Source: Enterobacteriaceae bacterium
GTDB taxonomy: Bacteria > Pseudomonadota > Gammaproteobacteria > Pseudomonadales > Pseudohongiellaceae
Direction: 5' to 3'
DNA: 64,000 nt
NCBI GenBank assembly: GCA_038125665.1
Contig: JAYPEI010000002.1
Span: forward strand, 179,311-243,310
The notes beneath the pieces are model-generated. The model searched no databases. It saw only the letters and a program-made list of their open reading frames with translations, and was not told the origin of the DNA. Position numbers and translations under genes: made by a program. This document shows positions 19,010 to 28,392 of this stretch, piece after piece (within the stretch, counting starts at the first letter, position 1; every line of letters starts with the position of its first letter).

Positions 19010-21520
19010 ATGAAAAAAAAATCTCAACTTAGTACCGCCATAGCAATGGCTATCCTAGGTACTTTTACATACTCAGATATCACGACTGCCCAAGAATCAG
19101 AGGGGCTTGAGGAAGTCGTTGTAACAGCACAGCGCCGAGAACAGAACCTGCAAGAGGTTCCAGTCTCTATTGTAGCTTTGACTGGTGAGGCACTTGAAAA
19201 TCAAGGCTTAGACAGCCTCGAAGATGTCGGCAACTTTACACCAAACATTAATATTCAGGGCGGCGGTGCTGGGACATTCGGCCCGGTCTTCCGTGTGCGT
19301 GGATTACCAAACATTGGTCTCTATGTGGACGGTGTATGGCAAGTAAACTCATCGGGTTTCTTGACCTCAGACTTCGTCGAAGTAGACAGGGTGGAGGTGC
19401 TACGTGGTCCTCAGGGTACCTCGTATGGACGAGACGCTGTTGGTGGCGCTATTAGAATTTGGACCAAAGGACCAAGTGACGAATTCGGCGGTAATATCAC
19501 TGTCACGACTGGTTCTTACGACAGAAAAGATGTTAAGGCTTCAGTAGATATTCCTTTGAGCGACACACTGACAACCAAGTGGACATTATCAAGTCTGTAT
19601 CGCGACGGCTACATCGACAGTGTATCTGTTGACCAGTCCTATGGTATGTCTGACCAGGACGTATTTCGCGCTGATATTAAGTGGGCTCCCTCTGACACAT
19701 TCGAAGCACGCTTGACGCATACCAGTGACCAGTTACAGTTGACTGAGCCAAGGGTACAGGATGCAATCTTTGATACTCGTGTAATTCCTGGTCCCGATTT
19801 AATAGTAGGCACAGCCGATGATGTTCAAAATTGGGGCGCCTTGATGAAGGACTTCTACGGGCTGGCTATTGAAGGCAATCCAACTCGCTACGCAGGATTC
19901 CTGCCCTATACGCCCGAAAATTTCACTTCTGGGTATCCCAATGGTCGTATTGGTAAGTGGCAAACTGCCTCCGATACCAATAGACCCTCAAACATTGAAA
20001 GGGAAACCACCAACCTTTCACTGAGCTGGGATATAACGGACACCATGAATCTACAGTCGCTGACTTCGTCTCAAAAAGTTGCTACAGACATCATCATCGA
20101 TTGGGACGGCTCTGATTACGACATCGTGGGTGATCTCTCTAGGGGCCGCACAGACGTATTCAGCCAAGAGTTCCAACTAACGGGTGTTGCCTTCAATGAT
20201 CGTCTGAACTGGATGGTGGGTTACTACTACTGGGATCAGGAGGGCATCTCACGTGCCGACCGCCGTACTCTGGGGGATTTCTTTACTTACCCTGGCGATA
20301 CCGGTGAACCAACATTTAGGTTCGAAGACGTTTTCAGTACGGCTCACTGCCAGGCATTGCTAGATCCGGCAATAAACATCACCGGTCAAACTACTTGCCA
20401 GTTCGCAGCCTTCTTTGCAGAAAACATTTTTGCGTACGACCAGCTGACCTTCAACGACCAGGACGGTGACGCGTGGTTCGGTGAGGCAACCTTCAGTCTG
20501 ACAGATAAGTTAGATGTCACAGCGGGTATACGTTACCACGACCAGAGCATTGATTCTGGGTCAATGAGCTTCAACGCTAACACTGCCCCACAGACTATCC
20601 GCACAGATGTACTCCACTCTGGGGGAGACCCCTGGGCCGGTGATAGGATCATTGATCCCGAATCACCAGGTGTAAACTTCTCGGCGACCACCTACAAGTT
20701 TGCTGGGCAGTACCAGTTCAATGACGACATCATGGCTTACGCTAGCTACTCTGAGGGATTCAACTCAGGTGGTCTAAGTAGTGTGACAACCACTCGAAGA
20801 ATCTGGTTCCCTTATGATCCTGAGATCATTGAGAGCAGAGAGGTCGGGATAAGGGCTGACCTTGCGGGAGGTAAGTTACGTGTGAACGCAACCTACTTCG
20901 ACTCCGACTGGACCAATATCCAGAACAGTGGTGTGGTAAGAGACCCCGACACCGGTGTGGAGCTACCACAGCTAGTTACCACTAACGTGGGTGAGGCCAA
21001 CGCTAACGGTCTTGAGCTGGAGGTGACTTGGCTTGCGACCGATAGCTTGAATCTCTACCTTAATCTTGGTCTGCTCGATACCGCCTACACTAACATTGCT
21101 GAGGGGACTTCCTTCTTGGATACCAGCACGGAGTTTGAGCAGGCACCAGACATGACCTGGAGTTTTGGTCTTCAGCACGAGCTAGCCTTGTCACGTGGAG
21201 GCACGATCACCTCAAGATTTGATTACTCCTACACTGACCAGTTCTGGCGTTCGTTGGCGTTCTTGAGACTGGATCAGTACGGCGTCAAGAATGGTGGACC
21301 AATCCCAGCAAATTTTGATGAGGCAGGGGACTGGGGTACGGCGAATATACGTTTCACCTACGATCCACCTGAAGGAAACTATGTCTTCTCTGTTTTCGGT
21401 ACAAACATCACAGACAAGTACATGCTTAACTCTGGGTTCTTCCATGGAATCTGGGGCTATGACTTTGCCACTGTGGGACGTCCAGCAGAGTATGGTGCTT
21501 CATTGACTATCAACTTCTAG
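19010..21520 (+). CDS. TonB-dependent outer-membrane receptor (836 aa)
   Basis: It has a signal peptide, a plug (LEEVVVTAQRREQNLQEVPVSI, VEVLRGPQGTSYGRDAVGGAIRI) and a C-terminal ...LTINF. Confidence 0.92.
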   Translation: MKKKSQLSTAIAMAILGTFTYSDITTAQESEGLEEVVVTAQRREQNLQEVPVSIVALTGEALENQGLDSLEDVGNFTPNINIQGGGAGTFGPVFRVRGLPNIGLYVDGVWQVNSSGFLTSDFVEVDRVEVLRGPQGTSYGRDAVGGAIRIWTKGPSDEFGGNITVTTGSYDRKDVKASVDIPLSDTLTTKWTLSSLYRDGYIDSVSVDQSYGMSDQDVFRADIKWAPSDTFEARLTHTSDQLQLTEPRVQDAIFDTRVIPGPDLIVGTADDVQNWGALMKDFYGLAIEGNPTRYAGFLPYTPENFTSGYPNGRIGKWQTASDTNRPSNIERETTNLSLSWDITDTMNLQSLTSSQKVATDIIIDWDGSDYDIVGDLSRGRTDVFSQEFQLTGVAFNDRLNWMVGYYYWDQEGISRADRRTLGDFFTYPGDTGEPTFRFEDVFSTAHCQALLDPAINITGQTTCQFAAFFAENIFAYDQLTFNDQDGDAWFGEATFSLTDKLDVTAGIRYHDQSIDSGSMSFNANTAPQTIRTDVLHSGGDPWAGDRIIDPESPGVNFSATTYKFAGQYQFNDDIMAYASYSEGFNSGGLSSVTTTRRIWFPYDPEIIESREVGIRADLAGGKLRVNATYFDSDWTNIQNSGVVRDPDTGVELPQLVTTNVGEANANGLELEVTWLATDSLNLYLNLGLLDTAYTNIAEGTSFLDTSTEFEQAPDMTWSFGLQHELALSRGGTITSRFDYSYTDQFWRSLAFLRLDQYGVKNGGPIPANFDEAGDWGTANIRFTYDPPEGNYVFSVFGTNITDKYMLNSGFFHGIWGYDFATVGRPAEYGASLTINF

Positions 21521-21556
21521 GAAGTCAAAACAAGAACTAACGTAACAAAACTAAGG

Positions 21557-21588
21557 CGCTGGTAGATTACACTACCAGCGTTTTTTTT
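21557..21588 (+). terminator. rho-independent terminator after the 836-aa TBDR
   Basis: Perfect 9-bp stem cgctggtag / ctaccagcg with a 6-nt loop, followed by T8. Confidence 0.85.
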
Positions 21589-21732
21589 GGAAAATTTTAA
21601 GGTCCCTTAACTAAAGTCAGTTCCACAAATTTACTCTAGTGTTTTGAATTTGAAGGGAGGTAAACTCTAGCTAGTAGATTGGGTAAAGTTATATTCGTAC
21701 TTGATCAGTTGATCCAACCAAGAGAGAAGACT

Positions 21733-22590
21733 ATGCAAAATTCAAAAGTTCGTATGATCAGTTTACACCTGTTACTTTTTTCCTTGAGTAGTTTTGGTCT
21801 TGCTCAGGAAGACTTCAGTGCGGTTGAAATCAAGTCTCACCACGTCCAGGGGCCAATTTATTACCTAGAGGGCCGAGGAGGAAACATAGGTCTGTCTGTG
21901 GGTGAGGACGGCGTGGTTATGATTGACGACCAGTTCGCACCGCTGACAGATAAAATCTTGGCAGCTATACGTGAACTCAGCGATGGTGAGATTCGTTTCC
22001 TAATCAACACTCACATACATGGTGATCATACTGGGGGTAACGAAAATCTTGGCAATCTTGGTGTGCAGATACTAACAAGAGACGCCATTAGAGTTCGCCT
22101 ACAGGAAAGTGGTTCACCTGCGGCTGCCCTACCTGTCCTGACCTTCTCAGAAAATTTGAGTATCTTCCTTAATGGGGAGGAGACGCAAGTAATTTCGATG
22201 CCGGCCGGTCACACTGATGGGGACACCGTGATCTATTTTACTGAGTCAGATGTACTACATGTGGGAGACGTTTTTCGTACTACTGGATTCCCGGTTATTG
22301 ATCTAACAAATGGTGGTACTCTGCAAGGAACACTGGACACTCTAGGTAAAATTATAGGGATGTCGGGTCCTGACACAAAAATTATTCCTGGCCACGGAGG
22401 CGTTTCTAGTCGGGAAGATGTACAAGTCTTCAGAGACATGATTCTTGATGTTAAGTCTAGGGTGGCTGAACTTGCCCGTGAGGGTATGAGTTTTGAAGAA
22501 GTTATTGCCGCTAATCCTACATCGGTTTACAACGAACGTTATGGTGATCCGGCAAGGTTTCTCCCTGGTGTTTACGATGGTGTTAAATAA
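21733..22590 (+). CDS. secreted MBL-fold metallo-hydrolase (canonical metal site)
   Basis: Signal peptide MQNSKVRMISLHLLLFSLSSFGLA/QE. Motifs NTHIHGDHTGGN (HxHxDH), PAGHTDGD, HVGDVF and PGHG are present. ATG at 21733 is preferred over the upstream TTG at 21679. Confidence 0.85.
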   Translation: MQNSKVRMISLHLLLFSLSSFGLAQEDFSAVEIKSHHVQGPIYYLEGRGGNIGLSVGEDGVVMIDDQFAPLTDKILAAIRELSDGEIRFLINTHIHGDHTGGNENLGNLGVQILTRDAIRVRLQESGSPAAALPVLTFSENLSIFLNGEETQVISMPAGHTDGDTVIYFTESDVLHVGDVFRTTGFPVIDLTNGGTLQGTLDTLGKIIGMSGPDTKIIPGHGGVSSREDVQVFRDMILDVKSRVAELAREGMSFEEVIAANPTSVYNERYGDPARFLPGVYDGVK

Positions 22591-22614
22591 ATTATTACCA
22601 TATCTAATGGGGTT

Positions 22615-23619
22615 ATGTTAATGAAATTCTCTTTGTCCAAAATCGCCTTATCCGCTTTCTTGCTTAGTTGTACAGCTGGCACTGCAGCTCATCACAGCCA
22701 GGCTGTTTTTGATACGAGTCGTGTTATTACCTTCGAGGGAACCGTTAAGCGATTCGATTGGCGCAACCCACACATGTACTTGCAGGTAGAGACACAGAAA
22801 GAAAATGGTGAAACCTATGTCCAGCAGATCGAGGGGCTAGCGATAACGCAAGCTCTGGTTGATGGACTTAAAAAAGAGGACCTTCTGCCTGGGATGCAAG
22901 TGATAGTAAGAGCTAACCCAAACAGAAGAGATAGATACAATACTATCAGAGGATTAAACATCACCACCGCAGACGGGGTTGTGCACCCGTTCTACGAAAG
23001 TAACCCAGTACAGCCTGTTCTAGTTCCCGCAGACACAATGAGCGGCCACTGGGCACCCTCTCTGGGGGAAACAGGCAAGGCAATGGCAGCCTCTCGTTCT
23101 TGGCCCCTAAGTAAGCCAGGTCCTCGCCCCTATGAAGAGGCAGGCTGCATGGTCGAACCGGTCCCCTTCTTAACCGTGATAAACGAGTTACGGGTAATCG
23201 AGCTGAGAGAAAATGAAGTGTTAATGAGACATGATAATTCAGGAGATATCGTTGATCGGATAATTCCTCTGGGACTAACAACTCATCCCGACAATATTGT
23301 GCCATCCCTATTTGGTCACTCGATTGGCCGTTGGGAAGGTAACACTTTGGTCATAGACACCATAGGATACGCCGCCAACGATGCTGGCCTGTTCTCTGGT
23401 ATCCCTGGTGGAGTAAGGAAACAGACTATAGAACGTTTAACGCTAACTGAAGATCGTAAACAGCTAAGATATGAAGTAACGATGACGGATCCTGACTTTC
23501 TTACAGCCCCTGTTGAAATTAGTATGTTATGGGATCACCGTCCAGACCTACCACTGTCCAGTGACCCTTGTGAGCAGGAGATTTCTGACAGGTTCCTCAG
23601 TGACGGTTTTTTGGAGTAG
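22615..23619 (+). CDS. secreted protein: DUF6152-like N-terminal domain fused to a ~200-aa C-terminal domain of unknown function
   Basis: A signal peptide is followed by AHHSQAVFDTSRVITFEGTVKRFDWRNPHMYL, the pattern I associate with small DUF6152 proteins found next to TBDRs. The C-terminal part contains GHSIGRWEGNTLVIDT...LRYEVTMTDPDFLTAP. Confidence 0.55.
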   Translation: MLMKFSLSKIALSAFLLSCTAGTAAHHSQAVFDTSRVITFEGTVKRFDWRNPHMYLQVETQKENGETYVQQIEGLAITQALVDGLKKEDLLPGMQVIVRANPNRRDRYNTIRGLNITTADGVVHPFYESNPVQPVLVPADTMSGHWAPSLGETGKAMAASRSWPLSKPGPRPYEEAGCMVEPVPFLTVINELRVIELRENEVLMRHDNSGDIVDRIIPLGLTTHPDNIVPSLFGHSIGRWEGNTLVIDTIGYAANDAGLFSGIPGGVRKQTIERLTLTEDRKQLRYEVTMTDPDFLTAPVEISMLWDHRPDLPLSSDPCEQEISDRFLSDGFLE

Positions 23620-23642
23620 GGTTACTTCTCACAGGAAAAATA

Positions 23643-24533
23643 ATGGTGATGAATCATTTTTCTCTGATAATGAAAATAATCTCAACTTTGGTAATTCTGC
23701 CTATTCTTCCCGTAACTGTAATGGCAACAACTGTTGTTGAGACAATTTCATACTCACATGAATCTCTGCCTGGACATACAATATATCAACCAAGGAATTT
23801 GGTTAGTCAATACCCAGTGGTCCTCTGGGGAAATGGGAGTTGCGTAAACAGCTCATACAGCTATGAATCATTTCTAAGAGAGGTAGCTGCACAGGGTTTA
23901 GTCGTAATCGCAATCGGTCCCTATCGCGACTCGCCTTATCCAAGGCGACAGAGATCAGAGGACCCTGCAGATTGGCCACCCTTTGAGACGAACTATCGGC
24001 AACACTTTGAAGCACTTGAGTGGGCTGAGGATGTGAAGCGGGGAGGAATAGATGATCTGGGGTCTCATCTTGATCTGACTAGGATAGCAGTCATGGGGCA
24101 CTCGTGTGGAGGTTTGCAGGCAGTAAAGGCATCCAGTGACCCTCGTGTTACAACAACAGTTGTGCTCAACAGTGGGCTCTTCCCAGATGACGACCAGTAC
24201 ATGATAAGACATGAAGCTAAGCGGGAAGACTTATTAAAACTCCATGCCCCCATTGCCTACTTTATTGGTGGAGAAACAGACATCGCTTACCTTAATGCTG
24301 AACAAGACTGGCTTTCACTTCAATATCAAGATCAAATTGTTATTAACGCGAATATGGAGGTCGGACACGGGGCAACCTATGACCAGCCTGGTGGTTATCC
24401 TTTTGCCGAGGGCCCGATTGAGTGGTTAAAGTTTCAGCTGCTTGGTAACGAGGAGTCAGGCTCAAAATTTACTGGTGAAAATTGTGGTTTTTGCTCTTCA
24501 AGCGAGTGGATAATAAAAAAGAAAGGGATATGA
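23643..24533 (+). CDS. secreted alpha/beta hydrolase (dienelactone hydrolase / cutinase / chlorophyllase-like fold)
   Basis: It has a signal peptide, VVLWGNGSC...GLVVIAIG, and the nucleophile elbow VMGHSCGG (GxSxG). Confidence 0.65.
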   Translation: MVMNHFSLIMKIISTLVILPILPVTVMATTVVETISYSHESLPGHTIYQPRNLVSQYPVVLWGNGSCVNSSYSYESFLREVAAQGLVVIAIGPYRDSPYPRRQRSEDPADWPPFETNYRQHFEALEWAEDVKRGGIDDLGSHLDLTRIAVMGHSCGGLQAVKASSDPRVTTTVVLNSGLFPDDDQYMIRHEAKREDLLKLHAPIAYFIGGETDIAYLNAEQDWLSLQYQDQIVINANMEVGHGATYDQPGGYPFAEGPIEWLKFQLLGNEESGSKFTGENCGFCSSSEWIIKKKGI

Positions 24534-24545
24534 TGTGAATTAACA

Positions 24546-24582
24546 GCCCTGCACTGGGTTAAACCAGCCAGGGCATCTTTTT
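24546..24582 (+). terminator. hairpin terminator in the convergent gap after the alpha/beta hydrolase gene
   Basis: Stem gccctgCActgg / ccagCcagggc (10 bp, with CA and C bulges) with a gttaaa loop, followed by atcttttt. Confidence 0.6.
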
Positions 24583-24591
24583 ATAGATAAC

Positions 24592-25926
24592 CTAGAGCAA
24601 GAATCTGCCTGTTGATATCCCGATCTCATTCATCTCGACACCCATAACGTCGGCTATTCCAAGAAGTAGGTTGGAAGTTGGTTCATCTTCGCTAGCTTTC
24701 AAATGACGGTTACCCTCAACACGTCCCCCCGCACTGCCAACTAACATGGCCGGTACGTTATGGCGATCATGTACCAACCCGTTACTCATGCCTGCACCAT
24801 AGTAGAGTAGAGAGTTGTCTAGCAAGCTACCTTCACCATCAGGAGTGTTGCTCATTTTCTCAACAAATTCTGAGAATTTATGCATCTGATAGGTAGTGAT
24901 CTTGGAATATTTAGCGATACTCTCTTCAGTGTTTTTATGATGAGTCACATTGTGGTGTGGCTCATTGACACCAATGTGAGCATAGCTGCGACCAGTGGCT
25001 TCATGTCCAGTCATGAAAGTGAACACACGAGTCATGTCTCCCTGGAATGCAAGGTGAATTAAATCGTAGGTTATTGACATGTGAGTATCAAAATCCTCAG
25101 GTATGCCGACTGGGCCATCTGTAGCTCCAGATATGACCTCTGAGCGCGATGACATGCGTTCTATTTGGCTTTCCACTCGACGTACATTAGTGAGATATTC
25201 ATCTAAAAGTGTTCTATCATTAGAACCAAGCATTTTATCTAACCGCTTGGTCTCGTCCAGAATAGAGTCCAACATGCTTTGTTTGGTGTCTAGTCGACGA
25301 AGACGCTGTTCCGCGGTGCCAGGATCGCCGAACATACGCTCAAAGGTGACTTGAGGGCTGATTACAACAGGAAGTGGGCTCTCATCATCGTACCAAGCCA
25401 GAGTATTAAAGAAGATACAAGGGTAGTTGTCGCACGCTCCCGCTGCAGTTCCCATATCCTCAACACCGAGCTCGAGTGATCGCATGGGTGTATCCCCAGC
25501 AATAACGTCCGCGATGTACTGATCAAGAGATTTCGCCGAGCGCAACTGGTTAAAGTTCCCATTCTCACTCAAAGGGCCACGGCCGTTAAGAAAAGCTGAA
25601 CTTGCTCCCATATGGATACCGCCCATATCCTGACGTCCCTCAGGTGATTTCATTCGACTTATTGTCGTGACATAGTTCCGGAACCTCTCCATTGGCTTCA
25701 TCACTTTATTGAAGGTGAAGTCTTTCCCAACTTCTTCTGGGTGCCAGTCTCCAGGATATATTCCGTTAGGTATGTAGACAGTACCAAATCTTAGTTTTCT
25801 TGCCGCTGCAGTTTTTGATTGAGCGGTGGCAGCGGGGACCATAGCATCGAGCAGTGGAAGTGCAAGTGCAGTACCAGCACCCCTTAGAAGAGTGCGGCGA
25901 TTGAGATGTTTTTTAGTGATGTACAT
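24592..25926 (-). CDS. Tat-exported DUF1552 family protein, module B
   Basis: Leader LNRRTLLRGAGTALALPLLDAM and motif HNVTHH. Size is 444 aa. Its start lies 2 nt after the stop of the upstream gene. Confidence 0.8.
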   Translation of the reverse strand: MYITKKHLNRRTLLRGAGTALALPLLDAMVPAATAQSKTAAARKLRFGTVYIPNGIYPGDWHPEEVGKDFTFNKVMKPMERFRNYVTTISRMKSPEGRQDMGGIHMGASSAFLNGRGPLSENGNFNQLRSAKSLDQYIADVIAGDTPMRSLELGVEDMGTAAGACDNYPCIFFNTLAWYDDESPLPVVISPQVTFERMFGDPGTAEQRLRRLDTKQSMLDSILDETKRLDKMLGSNDRTLLDEYLTNVRRVESQIERMSSRSEVISGATDGPVGIPEDFDTHMSITYDLIHLAFQGDMTRVFTFMTGHEATGRSYAHIGVNEPHHNVTHHKNTEESIAKYSKITTYQMHKFSEFVEKMSNTPDGEGSLLDNSLLYYGAGMSNGLVHDRHNVPAMLVGSAGGRVEGNRHLKASEDEPTSNLLLGIADVMGVEMNEIGISTGRFLL

Positions 25927-25928
25927 GG

Positions 25929-28391
25929 CTAATCTCCCAAGTTGGTGTTTGAAGCCAGGCTTGAAACGTTTGATTTACTGCTATTTGTACGCATAAGGAA
26001 AGGATAGCTTTCAATGATCCCTAATATGATAGATTGTAAGGAGTAGTTTTCCTTTGAAGCTCCTCTTACAATCCTTCTTACCATAGGTTTATCAAGGGGA
26101 TCAAGCCCCCTGCCCAGTGCATAGATTAGAAGCTTCTCTGTGACCGTGCTTGCAAAAAGCTCTGGGTCGGCAAGGAGGGCCTCTCGTAGCTGTATTGGTC
26201 CATGGATATCTCGACCGTCTAGCAGAGTGCCTGATGAATCTATGGGTAGGCCTTCGCGATTAACCGTTCTCCAAGTTCCATCCACATCAAAGTTTTCCAT
26301 GGCGAAGCCAACAGGGTCAATGACATCATGGCAGTGCGCACAGGTGGGGTCGGCTCGGTGGCGTTCAAGTTGCTCTCTAACAGTAGAGGCACGTCCTACT
26401 GGAGCGCTAGCCTCTAATGCAGGAACATTTGGTGGCGCGGGTGGGGGAGGGTTATTCCAAAGCTCCGATAAGATGAATTTGCCTCTCATAATGGGTGAGG
26501 TTCTGCTGGTTGCCGAAGTCTGAGTGCTGATACTACCGTGCCCTAAAAGACCGAAGCGATTAGGGTCTGTTACATCAACTTTACGAACTCTAGATCCGAG
26601 CACTCCCGAAATGCCATAGTGTTTGGCGAGTCGCTCGTCCACGAAAGTATATTCAGCGGAGAGTAATTCATGGACAGGTCGATTTTCTCTTAGCACGTAC
26701 GCAAAGAGGGACTCTGTTTCTTTCCTCATACTTTGACGTAAGTTGTCATCAAAGTCTGGATACATTGATAAGTCTGGACGAGAAAGTTGGTCCATGTTTC
26801 GTAGATGCAGCCACTGGCCTACAAAGTTTTCGACAAACGAATCAGCCTTTGGATTGTTAAGCATACGAACAACTTGAGATTTTCTCTCTGTTGAGTCCAA
26901 CAATGAATCTGTACTTGCTGAGTCAAGCAACTCATCGTCAGGGATGGATGACCAGAGGAAGTAGGAGAGACGAGACGCTAGTTCGTAGGCATTAATGGCT
27001 TGGTCTGATCCTGGTGCAGTATCAGTTGCATCATTTTCGACCCTAAAAAGGAAGAAGGGACTAACAATTGTTCTGGCTACTCCTGAGCGAATGCCTTCGT
27101 AGAAATTACCGCCACTGTCTCGTTCACTCTGGTAGAAGGCCATTGGGGCTGCAATGTCAGAATCATTAACTTCACGACGGAAAGCTCGTCGTGCTAGGTT
27201 GGTCAATATTTGACGTGCACAGTTTTCTTCTTCGGAAGCTAAAGCTGGGTCACAAGTGAGTATCTTTTCGCGTGTAGACATCTGGCTGATACCAGAAACA
27301 TTGTACGGACCCTCAATCATCACTTTTTCAAGTCTTGGATTGCCAGACGTATTGTGAATTTCTAAGGTATCACGGGCAACGGGTTGCCAAGAATTTTGTT
27401 CAGCATTAGGACGCTCACGCCAAGTCCAGATCACTTCATGCGGACCAGCCGTGACTTTTAGCTTGGGTGAAGTAAGTTTCTGATTGACCACGGGGATGAC
27501 ATCATTAAATTCCTTCACCGAAATTTCATGTTGTTCCTTGCCCCCTATCTTGCTGGAATAAACAAGATTGCCATCGATATATATGAGGAAGTCGTGAGGG
27601 CGATCATGGCCCTCAATACCAAAATAACCTTCCGCAACTCCCTGTAAAGGACGAGCAGAAAAAGTATATTCGCCATCTGCTGGGAAATAATGAGTTTTTG
27701 CAATGCCACCTCTAGTCCCAATAGGCATGCCAGCTAGATGTTTGTTTTGTGAAGTATCGAAAGGAATATTATAAGTGATGGCATTAACGGCAGCCTCTGT
27801 ATTACCCATAGCCAGATCTGCAATTCGCATACCTACCGTAAGATAGCGATCCAGTAACATGGGTGAAGTTCGTAATAGATCACCAATATTGTCGAAGCCA
27901 TAATCTCCTGAGTCTGCCGGTAGCGTCTCGGTTAGGTCAAGATCAATGCCCAGTAAATCACGTATTGAGTTTGTGTACTCGGCTCGGTTTAGTCTGTGAA
28001 TGCTGGTAGAACCTGCATAGGGTTTATGAGCTGCTGACTCATCTAGGGCTGCCTCCAAAACAGCCACGAAGTTTTCTCTCTCCTCTCGACTTGGCTGAGA
28101 ATTACGTTTGGGTGGCATAGAATAAATACGCATCTTCCGGAGGATCTCTTCAAAAATACCTGGATCCTTTGTTAAGTCTTTTGGAGAGTAATCCTCTAGG
28201 GATAAGTTGGCTCTGAATTCAACTATGTTGTGACATTCAGTACAGTACTCATCGACTAATGGCCAAGCCTCTTCTAAGGCAGTTACTGCTTGTTGATTCT
28301 GCTGTGCTTGGGTCTCTAGGACAAAAAACGCGCTAACGCAAGAAAGTTGTGCGAAGAATAGAGCAAACTTCTTTCTTCTAAGATTGGGCAT
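25929..28391 (-). CDS. secreted multidomain heme-c protein of the PSCyt/PSD type (DUF1592-type architecture), module B
   Basis: It has a signal peptide, an N-terminal CTECH followed by MPP, and a C-terminal CAHCHDVIDPVGFAMENFDVDGTWR. Size is 820 aa. Its start lies 1 nt after the ankyrin gene stop. Confidence 0.8.
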   Translation of the reverse strand: MPNLRRKKFALFFAQLSCVSAFFVLETQAQQNQQAVTALEEAWPLVDEYCTECHNIVEFRANLSLEDYSPKDLTKDPGIFEEILRKMRIYSMPPKRNSQPSREERENFVAVLEAALDESAAHKPYAGSTSIHRLNRAEYTNSIRDLLGIDLDLTETLPADSGDYGFDNIGDLLRTSPMLLDRYLTVGMRIADLAMGNTEAAVNAITYNIPFDTSQNKHLAGMPIGTRGGIAKTHYFPADGEYTFSARPLQGVAEGYFGIEGHDRPHDFLIYIDGNLVYSSKIGGKEQHEISVKEFNDVIPVVNQKLTSPKLKVTAGPHEVIWTWRERPNAEQNSWQPVARDTLEIHNTSGNPRLEKVMIEGPYNVSGISQMSTREKILTCDPALASEEENCARQILTNLARRAFRREVNDSDIAAPMAFYQSERDSGGNFYEGIRSGVARTIVSPFFLFRVENDATDTAPGSDQAINAYELASRLSYFLWSSIPDDELLDSASTDSLLDSTERKSQVVRMLNNPKADSFVENFVGQWLHLRNMDQLSRPDLSMYPDFDDNLRQSMRKETESLFAYVLRENRPVHELLSAEYTFVDERLAKHYGISGVLGSRVRKVDVTDPNRFGLLGHGSISTQTSATSRTSPIMRGKFILSELWNNPPPPAPPNVPALEASAPVGRASTVREQLERHRADPTCAHCHDVIDPVGFAMENFDVDGTWRTVNREGLPIDSSGTLLDGRDIHGPIQLREALLADPELFASTVTEKLLIYALGRGLDPLDKPMVRRIVRGASKENYSLQSIILGIIESYPFLMRTNSSKSNVSSLASNTNLGD

Positions 28392-28392
28392 C

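Noticed and set aside
23643-24533. Idea that the cutinase-like alpha/beta hydrolase and the tannase-family esterase at 54860-56551 form a PETase/MHETase-like polyester pathway
   Set aside because: The two genes are 30 kb apart in unrelated contexts. The fold-level resemblance is generic, and nothing in the sequence supports a shared pathway.
26140-26523. 127-aa plus-strand ORF inside the module B heme-c gene; similar shadow ORFs at 3739-4092, 22961-23305, 51234-51560, 53258-53584 and 60121-60465
   Set aside because: All are fully embedded antisense in long, well-supported genes. They have Arg/Ser/Ala-rich compositions typical of frame shadows and show no recognisable motifs.
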